Shown here: in pieces, positions 28,839 to 36,078 of the stretch
Layout of the letters: every line of letters starts with the position of its first letter
Position numbering within the stretch: position 1 is the first letter of the stretch
Program-made: the position numbers and the translations under genes
The notes under the pieces: model-generated
What the model saw: only the letters and a program-made list of their open reading frames with translations
Databases searched by the model: none
Told to the model about the DNA's origin: nothing
Source of the DNA: an uncultured Gammaproteobacteria bacterium
GTDB lineage: Bacteria > Patescibacteriota > Microgenomatia > Levybacterales > UBA12049
NCBI GenBank assembly: GCA_964391315.1
Contig: CAYMJR010000003.1
Location: 542 to 64,541 of the forward strand
Direction of reading: 5' to 3'
DNA length: 64,000 nucleotides

Positions 28839-29138
28839 TTACTTGCCAAACTCAGTAGCTGCACGACCAGCAATACCAACACCCACACCGATTCCTCCAC
28901 CCACTTTACCAAGTAGTGCTGTAGTTTTAAGCATACTATTGATAAATGTAGAAATCGTAGCACAGGTATACTTACCTACGAGAGGAGCAAGAGCTGGTAA
29001 GTATGCACCAAGTGCAATTGCTCCACCAAGTACAAGAAGACTTTTCCCAATAACTCTATTCCAAAAGTGTCTTCTTTCCTTTTTTTGAGCACTATCTGCA
29101 AGCGCAGTTGCATCAGCATGATGTAGTGTTTCAGCCAT
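28839..29138 (-). CDS. Small membrane protein with glycine-zipper C-terminus
   Basis: 99-aa ORF with the hydrophobic segment LLVLGGAIALGAYLPALAPLVG and GGGIGVGVGIAG. Confidence 0.4.
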   Translation of the reverse strand: MAETLHHADATALADSAQKKERRHFWNRVIGKSLLVLGGAIALGAYLPALAPLVGKYTCATISTFINSMLKTTALLGKVGGGIGVGVGIAGRAATEFGK

Positions 29139-29286
29139 AGAGCATGAATGATATCATAAAACAGAGCACCTTTCAACTATAGGCTTTTAGCGCAATACTT
29201 CGGGAGCTTTGCAACACTTTGCATAAAAAAAGGGTAGGTGTCACACTAAGTTTGTTAAGAACTTTTTATGAAAGGAGACACCTACC

Positions 29287-29472
29287 TTGCCATATACTAG
29301 CAATCCTTATGCCCCTACTGCAAGAATGAATGCTCGTAATGATGTTGTCTGGGGCAGATTAACTATTCAACAACAACTGAAAAAATATCTTGTTTATTAC
29401 AATCACCGTCGTTTACACTTATCTTTGGACTTACAAACACCTACTCAATTTGTTGCGAAGGTCCTGACGTAA
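29287..29472 (+). pseudogene. Relic of a DDE (rve, IS481/IS3-like) transposase C-terminus
   Basis: LKKYLVYYNHRRLHLSLDLQTPTQF matches the conserved tail of integrase-core transposases (YN..R.H..L...TP). No catalytic core, no upstream ORF and no terminal repeats were seen. Confidence 0.5.
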
Positions 29473-29500
29473 TTACGTTTAGATGCTTGTTACCTATAAA

Positions 29501-30961
29501 TTACTCACAAGCGTCACCATATTTTTTCTTGTAATCTGCTTTTGTAAATCCACATCCTGGACAGGTATCTCCAACTCTGACACCATGAGGTACTGAATAG
29601 GAACACTCCGAACAGCTGAATCCTTTCTCTTGGTCATTTCCATATATTCCGACTCGTTCTCCACCGGCGGTTGAAACAGTTGTACTACCACCTCCACCTG
29701 CGCAACCACGTCTTTCAGCTGTTTGTTCAAGAATATCACCAAAATGTCCACTACCCATACCTATGGGCTTTATCCACTGGTTTGGCACCATGTGTCTTTC
29801 ATTATGCCCTTTTTGTTTGGGTTTAAAGAAATGTTCGCCCATAAGCAAAATTGTTGACGCAATACCTTTTTGATAATCAAGTTTTGTACGAAACATGTCT
29901 GCCTCTGCATACTCAGAAAACTTATCGATAATCTTTGTCGTTTGGGCATCAAAGTTATAGAGCTTTTCCCCATGGACGATGTCATCTTTAACATCATTCC
30001 AGCTATTTACTTTTCCATTCTGTTTATCGACAAACGGTACATTTGGATGCACAGATTCAAGTACTTGTAAAATATCAAGCACATTTTGAGGTCTTTCCTG
30101 CTCTCCTGGCCTAATCATTGCCAACGCATCAGCATATGCTTCCAAGGGTGCGTCACCTGGTAACTTTGTACCCGTTAATCGAGATATCACGTCTCGGCAT
30201 TCTTTGAGGTTAAAATTTGTTTTGATGGTGTAATTCATCATTTCAGTCTCGCTTACCTTAACCCCCAAGAAAAAATAGGAATCTGGATACTTAATACCAA
30301 GCCCATCATCAGTTTTAAATCCTGTCTCTCCCAGCGGACTTGTCAGAACTGTCATCGAACCAACAGGTGCGGTCGCCATAAACTTTTTTGTCTTTTTCAT
30401 AGCGCGCTTAACTGAACCATTTCGCTCCTCTTCTGACACAATCTCTTCGATATCTGCATGCTGATATTTTTGGTCTTTGGATTTCCCATACATTGGATCT
30501 TCAATTCTTGTTGCAACTCGTGGATCAGTAGAATGCCTAATTTCATACTTTCGCGGATAAACATTATGGTCAGAAAGAAATTCTAATTTAAAACCCTGCA
30601 AGTCCCGTCTCGTTTTTTGTGCCCAATCCATAACCTGTTCTCTATCAAAAGGATCCTTCAGAAGATCCATCTGTCGACTCATGATAAACCCAACCCGTTT
30701 ATTACTTTGCTCGCTTTTGAGGTTATACCACTCTTTTGGCAATTTCTCCTTTTCCCAATTCCTATCAAAATAATCAATCCATGCTGCTGTTCCTTCACCG
30801 TTTGCTGGCCGTTCTGTTCTTCGATCCACAATTCTTCCTGTATCAATAACTGGATGTACCATATCCGAGGACACTAATGGCCTCGTTTGAAGCGTCGTGC
30901 TAGGCGCTTTCCATTCTGTATATTGTTGTGGTATCCCACGTTCTGCTACTACTGCTGGCAT
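29501..30961 (-). CDS. Uncharacterised 486-aa protein with C-terminal zinc ribbon (riboswitch-controlled)
   Basis: The start is the ATG at 30961 with SD GAGGAG 8 nt upstream. There is no TM segment or signal peptide. The C-terminus is CSEC-x13-CPGC. I recognise no family. Confidence 0.6.
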   Translation of the reverse strand: MPAVVAERGIPQQYTEWKAPSTTLQTRPLVSSDMVHPVIDTGRIVDRRTERPANGEGTAAWIDYFDRNWEKEKLPKEWYNLKSEQSNKRVGFIMSRQMDLLKDPFDREQVMDWAQKTRRDLQGFKLEFLSDHNVYPRKYEIRHSTDPRVATRIEDPMYGKSKDQKYQHADIEEIVSEEERNGSVKRAMKKTKKFMATAPVGSMTVLTSPLGETGFKTDDGLGIKYPDSYFFLGVKVSETEMMNYTIKTNFNLKECRDVISRLTGTKLPGDAPLEAYADALAMIRPGEQERPQNVLDILQVLESVHPNVPFVDKQNGKVNSWNDVKDDIVHGEKLYNFDAQTTKIIDKFSEYAEADMFRTKLDYQKGIASTILLMGEHFFKPKQKGHNERHMVPNQWIKPIGMGSGHFGDILEQTAERRGCAGGGGSTTVSTAGGERVGIYGNDQEKGFSCSECSYSVPHGVRVGDTCPGCGFTKADYKKKYGDACE

Positions 30962-31085
30962 AAAAAAACTCCTCGTTTCCGAGAAGTTGCAAAAACAGTT
31001 GCTTCTAGCTCGGAAGACTTTATTTGGGGATCTGACTGTACAGTTACGGCATAGTGCTCGAATTTCACGAGCTTCACCCACCAAT
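30962..31085 (-). promoter_or_regulatory. Cobalamin-riboswitch-like leader 2
   Basis: Minus-strand read: GGGTGAAG-CTCG TGAAATT CGAG-CACTAT-GCCGTAACTGTA...GAGCTAGAAGCAACTGT. An alternative pairing TTCCGAG/CTCGGAA competes with the hairpin AACTTCTCG-GAAA-CGAGGAGTT, which is followed by T7 and the ATG. Confidence 0.6.
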
Positions 31086-31088
31086 TAA

Positions 31089-31628
31089 TTATTTTTTAAT
31101 CCACTTTATCTCTTTTTTCTTATCAATGTGATTGACATATCGAGCCATAGTAAAAAGTAAGTCTGAAAGCCTGTTTAAATAGATAACAACAGCCTGATCA
31201 ACATCTTCTTTCTGCATAAGCTCTACTAATTGCCTCTCAGCGCGCCGTGTAATCGTCCTGGCCACATGTAACAGTGAGCCAGGCTGCCCACCCCCAGGAA
31301 GGATAAAATATTTGATTTCAGGCATTTTGGCGGTCATCTCATCAATAAGCTTTTCAAACTCCTTTGGACGTTGATTCAAACCTACCACTGGTAATGGGTG
31401 CGGTGTTGCAAGCGCAGAGCCAATATCAAATAAATCGTGCTGGATTTTTTCAAGTTCCTTTTTTACAAGGCTGTGGGGGGCTGTCAGATGTGCTATGACA
31501 GCACCAATTGTGCTATTAAGCTCATCAACCGTTCCATAGCTATCAACCCGTGGATGAGATTTTAGTACTCGCGTACCGTCAAATAATGATGTTTTCCCTT
31601 TATCTCCTGTTCGTGTGTAAATTGCCAT
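31089..31628 (-). CDS. pduO: ATP:cob(I)alamin adenosyltransferase, PduO type
   Basis: 179-aa ORF with N-terminal IYTRTGDKGKTSL and PduO/MMAB-like sequence throughout. Confidence 0.85.
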   Translation of the reverse strand: MAIYTRTGDKGKTSLFDGTRVLKSHPRVDSYGTVDELNSTIGAVIAHLTAPHSLVKKELEKIQHDLFDIGSALATPHPLPVVGLNQRPKEFEKLIDEMTAKMPEIKYFILPGGGQPGSLLHVARTITRRAERQLVELMQKEDVDQAVVIYLNRLSDLLFTMARYVNHIDKKKEIKWIKK

Positions 31629-31790
31629 AAAAAAATCCCTCTTGGTTTCCCGAGAAGGATTGCATGGATAATACAGAAATTCCTGCTCGGGAGAAAAGCT
31701 TAAAGCGAGTTTTCTGTCTATACAGTAGCGGCACTAATAAGGAATTTCACCTTAATTTCCTACACTTTAAGTTTAATTACTTTATCATGA
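31629..31790 (-). promoter_or_regulatory. Cobalamin-riboswitch-like leader 1
   Basis: Minus-strand read: GTAGGAAATT-AAGG TGAAATT CCTT-ATTA-GTGCCGCTACTGTA...GAGCAGGAATTTCTGT. Compare the conserved core GGGAA..GGUGAAAAUCC..GCCCCCGCAACUGUA and the B12 box AGCCAGGAGACCUGCC. The alternative pairing TCCCGAG/CTCGGGA competes with a GAAA-loop hairpin that covers the SD, followed by T7 and the ATG. The 5' boundary is approximate. Confidence 0.65.
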
Positions 31791-31832
31791 CCTTGTGCTA
31801 AGGACAAGCTACAAAATCAAACAAAACGAAAA

Positions 31833-34274
31833 TTAACACTCAGAATAGCCACAAGAATAACATTTCTTGCAGCCTTCTTCGTAAGCAAAAGAGCTAGTTC
31901 CACATTCAGGACAAATATCGAAAAGACTGGTTGATGATGAAGATTTTGGAGCAGGTGCCATATCAGCTGCTGGAAGAGTGAGCTGATTGACAGAAACTTC
32001 CTCTGCTAATTCTTTTGTTTCTTCAACCGGTGCATCAGCATGAGTCAAACCATTTGCTGTACCGTTGGTGAATGGAAACTTATCCTCTACTTTTCCATTG
32101 ACTCTAAACCCTGAATGATTCGCAAGTACTTTCGCAATCGCATCAGGCAGTGAACGAACACGATTGGGCCCAAAACCAATACTCTTTGCTCCACCAATAC
32201 CGGTCAATTCCGACACAATCTCGCGTACTCTCTCTCGTGCAGGAACAGGACTGTAAATACGAAGCACAAAAGAAATCATGCGACCCAATGCATCAGCAAG
32301 CGCCATCAAATCTGATCCACTCTTTCCGTGATTGATAAAGACTTCAAATGCATTGCCCTTCTCATCTTCATTGAGGGTAACGTACACTTTTCCACTTGGA
32401 CTTTCTGCTTTGTAGGTAACACCTGTCAACATCGTTGGACGTGGCATACGAGGAGTGACAGGAATCTGTGTGAGTACTGGCTGAGCAACTTCTTCTTTCT
32501 TCTCCTCTTTCTTTTCTTCTCGCTGCAAGACACCTGTTCGTGATCCGTCTCGGAAGTATGTTACACCCTTGAGTCCCATATCGTATGAAAGCATATATAA
32601 TCTCTTCACATCTTCAACTGTGTGACTATTTGGTGCATTCACTGTCTTTGAGATTGAAGAATCAATATATTCCTGAGCAATTGCCTGGATCTTGACGTGA
32701 TCTTCTGGAGTCAGATCGTTAGCACCGACAAAGTAGTCTGGACGTTCTGCATCTGGATGAGCTTCTTTCCACAAGCCAAACAAACTGTGGTAGACCATTT
32801 GCTTACCCAATCGTCCATTGTGTGAGTATTCAAATTCATAGACAGGTTCAACACCTGATGAAACACCTGCGATGAGACTGGTTGTGCCAGTTGGAGCAAT
32901 TGTCAGAAGGACAGCATTACGGATCCCCTGCTTGTAGATCTTCTCACGAATTTCTTTTGGTAATGCTTTGATGTGATAGCCTTTTTGATAAAGATCTCGG
33001 TCATATTTAGGGAATGCACCTTTCTCTTTTGCAATATCAGATGAAGCGATATATGCATTATCACGAAGGGTTTTAAAGATTTTCTTTGAGATTTCTTCTG
33101 ATTCAGCAGAACCATAACGGACTTTCATCTTGATAAAAGTGTCTGCTATACCCATGATGCCAAGACCTGTTCGGCGGATATCTTTTGCAACTTTCTCATT
33201 TTCTTTGAAGAAATAGTGAGTATCATCAATGACGTTATCCAAGAAACGCATTGCTACCTGAACATCTTTTCCAAATGATTCGTAATCAAACCAACCACCT
33301 TTATCGTTCTTCAAATCATCGTCTTTCACATATGCTGACAAATTCATTGCACCGAGATTGCAAACAGCCCATGCACCAAGTGGTTGTTCTCCGCAAGGAT
33401 TGGTTGCAAGAAGTTTTTCAAAATACCACGTATTTGATCTCTTGTTTGAACGATCCAAGAAATGAAGACCTGGTTCTGCACTTCTCCATGCTGCTTCACA
33501 AATAAGGTTCCAAAGATAGGAAGCTTTCACCGTCTTAAAGACTCTTACCTTTCCACCTTTTTTCTTCCATTCATGAATATCGCCATCCCATTCAGTGTCA
33601 TATTTGGGATCATCAAGATCAGGGAACATAAGATCCCAATCGCGGTCATTTTTGACAGCATCCATGAAATCATCAGACACACAAACAGAAAGATTTGCTC
33701 CGTTAATCTTGGTCAAATCCTGTTTGACAGTGATGAATTCTTCGATATCTGGATGCCAGTCATGAATCATGAGCATGAGTGCTCCGCGGCGTGATCCTCC
33801 CTGCTGGACAATGTCTTTTGTGGCAAGTGAGTACAATTCTGCCCAATTCATCGGACCTGAAGAGAATCCATTGACCTTTTTAACCCGTGCTCCTCGAGGA
33901 CGAAGTGCTGAAAGATTGAGTCCAACTCCTCCACCATGTGCCATGATTTCAATCATTTGAGTAAGATTTTCCATAATTCCCTGTCTGGAATCTGGAGGAT
34001 TTGGAATCACAAAGCAGTTAAAGTAAGTAACGTCAAATCCTGTTCCTGCTCCTGCAAAAATGCGGCCACCTGGAAGGAATTTGAAGCCTTCCATAACTTC
34101 ATAGAACTTTTTCTCCCATTTCTTTTTATTCGCTGCTGTCTTTTCTACGCCAGCAATCCCCTTTGCGACGCGTTTCCACATCTCATCAGGAGTCTGTTCC
34201 AGAGGATTACCCTCTGCATCTTTCAATGAGTAACGATCTAAAAATACTTTTTGTCTTACACCTGTTAATTGCAT
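31833..34274 (-). CDS. nrdJ: Class II (adenosylcobalamin-dependent) ribonucleotide reductase
   Basis: 813-aa ORF with NrdJ-like sequence (NCFV, PCGEQPL with the catalytic Cys, TIAPTGT) and a C-terminal Cys-rich zinc-finger tail CPECG...CKKCYSCGYSEC. Confidence 0.9.
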   Translation of the reverse strand: MQLTGVRQKVFLDRYSLKDAEGNPLEQTPDEMWKRVAKGIAGVEKTAANKKKWEKKFYEVMEGFKFLPGGRIFAGAGTGFDVTYFNCFVIPNPPDSRQGIMENLTQMIEIMAHGGGVGLNLSALRPRGARVKKVNGFSSGPMNWAELYSLATKDIVQQGGSRRGALMLMIHDWHPDIEEFITVKQDLTKINGANLSVCVSDDFMDAVKNDRDWDLMFPDLDDPKYDTEWDGDIHEWKKKGGKVRVFKTVKASYLWNLICEAAWRSAEPGLHFLDRSNKRSNTWYFEKLLATNPCGEQPLGAWAVCNLGAMNLSAYVKDDDLKNDKGGWFDYESFGKDVQVAMRFLDNVIDDTHYFFKENEKVAKDIRRTGLGIMGIADTFIKMKVRYGSAESEEISKKIFKTLRDNAYIASSDIAKEKGAFPKYDRDLYQKGYHIKALPKEIREKIYKQGIRNAVLLTIAPTGTTSLIAGVSSGVEPVYEFEYSHNGRLGKQMVYHSLFGLWKEAHPDAERPDYFVGANDLTPEDHVKIQAIAQEYIDSSISKTVNAPNSHTVEDVKRLYMLSYDMGLKGVTYFRDGSRTGVLQREEKKEEKKEEVAQPVLTQIPVTPRMPRPTMLTGVTYKAESPSGKVYVTLNEDEKGNAFEVFINHGKSGSDLMALADALGRMISFVLRIYSPVPARERVREIVSELTGIGGAKSIGFGPNRVRSLPDAIAKVLANHSGFRVNGKVEDKFPFTNGTANGLTHADAPVEETKELAEEVSVNQLTLPAADMAPAPKSSSSTSLFDICPECGTSSFAYEEGCKKCYSCGYSEC

Positions 34275-34277
34275 AAT

Positions 34278-34745
34278 TTAATTATTTTGTGCTGAAATCT
34301 GTGTCAGCTTTTGAACCTCCTTTTCAAAATCTTCTACATCGACAAACCGTTTAAACACACTCGCGAATCTGATATATGCTACTTTATCAAGTTTCTTGAG
34401 TCTCTTCGCTACCATCTCCCCGATCAATCGACTCTCAACTTCAAGACTATCCAGTCCTCGAAGTTCCCTTGTGATCTCAGTTACCATCCGCTCGATTATA
34501 TCTGCAGGGATAACTGTTTTATCACATGCTTTCCAAATCCCGCTTTTTAACTTCTCTCTATTGAACTGCTCGCGTCTCTTATCTCTTTTTATAACAACTA
34601 ACGCAATATTTTCAACCCTCTCGTATGTTGTATACCTCTTGTTACAAGAAAGACAAGATCTTCTTCTTCGGATGGTATCCATATCCGAACTCTCTCTTGT
34701 CTCAACAACCTCTGATTCTTTATTGCCGCAATATGGACAGTGCAT
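34278..34745 (-). CDS. nrdR: Transcriptional repressor NrdR
   Basis: MHCPYCG...CLSCNKRYTTYE zinc ribbon followed by an ATP-cone. The start is taken at this Met rather than the 12-codon extension in the ORF track. Confidence 0.9.
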   Translation of the reverse strand: MHCPYCGNKESEVVETRESSDMDTIRRRRSCLSCNKRYTTYERVENIALVVIKRDKRREQFNREKLKSGIWKACDKTVIPADIIERMVTEITRELRGLDSLEVESRLIGEMVAKRLKKLDKVAYIRFASVFKRFVDVEDFEKEVQKLTQISAQNN

Positions 34746-34763
34746 AGTAAACCTTTTGCGCTT

Positions 34764-34815
34764 CCAACATATGTAGCGCAAAAAAAATCATATGACACTA
34801 CATCTACGGCGTCAA
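34764..34815 (-). promoter_or_regulatory. nrdR-nrdJ promoter with two NrdR-box-like palindromes
   Basis: Minus strand: TTGACG (34810-34815), a 17-nt spacer, then TATGAT (34787-34792). Palindromic cores TCATATGA (34788-34795) and ACATATGT (34767-34774) have centres 21 bp apart. The second sits in the loop of a TTGCGCT/AGCGCAA hairpin. Confidence 0.4.
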
Positions 34816-34933
34816 CTATAAATTTCTATATCAAAACTGGTCATTAGCCTTAGATGAACAATTTTTACACCATTTTTCTTACATGTGCTCTTTTGGTGTT
34901 GTAAAAATTATCTCAAAACTTCAAAAAAGGCTG

Positions 34934-35479
34934 TTATTTAAGCTCATCCGTTGAGACAGTTTTACCCAATTCCTTCGCTTTTTCAAGTTCGCGTACTGCT
35001 TCTTTATTCGCATCTCCCTTAGTAGAATGAACCATTTCCTGGATAACTTCCTGATGTTTTTTATTTGCCAAGGCGAGTTTGGACATAAAAACTGTCGTGT
35101 TAATCCCCTGTTTTTTTGCTTCTTGTGTCTTTAAGACTGCTTGCTCAAAATTGTTCTCAGCAAGAGCAAGCGTTGCACTAACTGTTTTATCATCACTCTT
35201 CTGCTGTATGAGAGAAACAGTTGCTTGCAAATCTTTATCTGACAGTAAAAGATCATACTCTGCCTTTTTTAAAGGATTTGAAATAAAAAAACCCAGCACC
35301 GAGTCTCGAATCGTCTTCAAGCCGTATAAAGGATTTCCTGGCAGGATACCTGGATATGGCAATTCATACGGCACTGGCGTAGGTGTCTGCGATGGCAGTG
35401 GCGATATTTCTTGAGCATTTACTGGCTGATAAGCCATAATAAAAAATATCAAGGTTAAAAGTAAGAATTTTCTTTTCAT
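34934..35479 (-). CDS. Secreted helical protein of unknown function
   Basis: 181-aa ORF with the signal peptide MKRKFLLLTLIFFIMAYQPVNA. Confidence 0.5.
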   Translation of the reverse strand: MKRKFLLLTLIFFIMAYQPVNAQEISPLPSQTPTPVPYELPYPGILPGNPLYGLKTIRDSVLGFFISNPLKKAEYDLLLSDKDLQATVSLIQQKSDDKTVSATLALAENNFEQAVLKTQEAKKQGINTTVFMSKLALANKKHQEVIQEMVHSTKGDANKEAVRELEKAKELGKTVSTDELK

Positions 35480-35480
35480 A

Positions 35481-36077
35481 TTATTCCTCCTTTTTATACC
35501 CTATCGCATCAACTACAAGACCAAGGCTTTCCTCTTGATTGTGCGAAAAAGTATTTACTACAAGATTATAATACATTTTATCCAGATAAGTCCAGTTTGC
35601 GTCGTTATTTGCATACAATCTTCGCCATTTTCCCAAGTCATTAAGTTCACGTTCGAGCACCTCTGCTTTTGCATCGTCAACTGGTATTTGTTCTCTGTTA
35701 ACCAATCTATCGATACGGATTTCTGGCTGATCTACTCCATTGACGTTTTCACATACTACAGCAACTCGAAAGACATCAGGCATGTCTTTCGCACAAAATC
35801 CTGCCAATTTACTCTCAAGAATAATGTGATTTTCATTTTTGAGGATTTCTTTTTGTTTTTCTTCAAAGAGGATATCTTCCTCATCAGGCCGGAGTTGAGT
35901 ATCCTTTGGAGCTAAATGCATTCGTTTGCGTACTGCCTCCCAAAAGATCTCTCCACCTTCAATATGCTTCCAACCCAAAAGCTGTGAAAGATGTTTGGCA
36001 AGAGAGGTTGAGCCAGCACCAATCCGCCCCGATACGGTAATAATACGAATATTCGGTAAATCCACAGGAGTGCCCAT
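35481..36077 (-). CDS. P-loop NMP kinase, cytidylate kinase (archaeal type)-like
   Basis: The start is taken at MGTPVDLPNIRIITVSGRIGAGSTS (P-loop). The 61-codon extension in the ORF track overlaps the gap tail in another frame. Confidence 0.55.
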   Translation of the reverse strand: MGTPVDLPNIRIITVSGRIGAGSTSLAKHLSQLLGWKHIEGGEIFWEAVRKRMHLAPKDTQLRPDEEDILFEEKQKEILKNENHIILESKLAGFCAKDMPDVFRVAVVCENVNGVDQPEIRIDRLVNREQIPVDDAKAEVLERELNDLGKWRRLYANNDANWTYLDKMYYNLVVNTFSHNQEESLGLVVDAIGYKKEE

Positions 36078-36078
36078 A

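Noticed and set aside
30962-31084. The ORF track extends the 486-aa gene by 41 codons to a TTG at 31084.
   Set aside because: The extension covers a structured leader that ends in a terminator-like hairpin plus T7. The ATG at 30961 has a GAGGAG Shine-Dalgarno at good spacing. The extension peptide (MVGEAREIRALCRNC...) looks like translated RNA structure.
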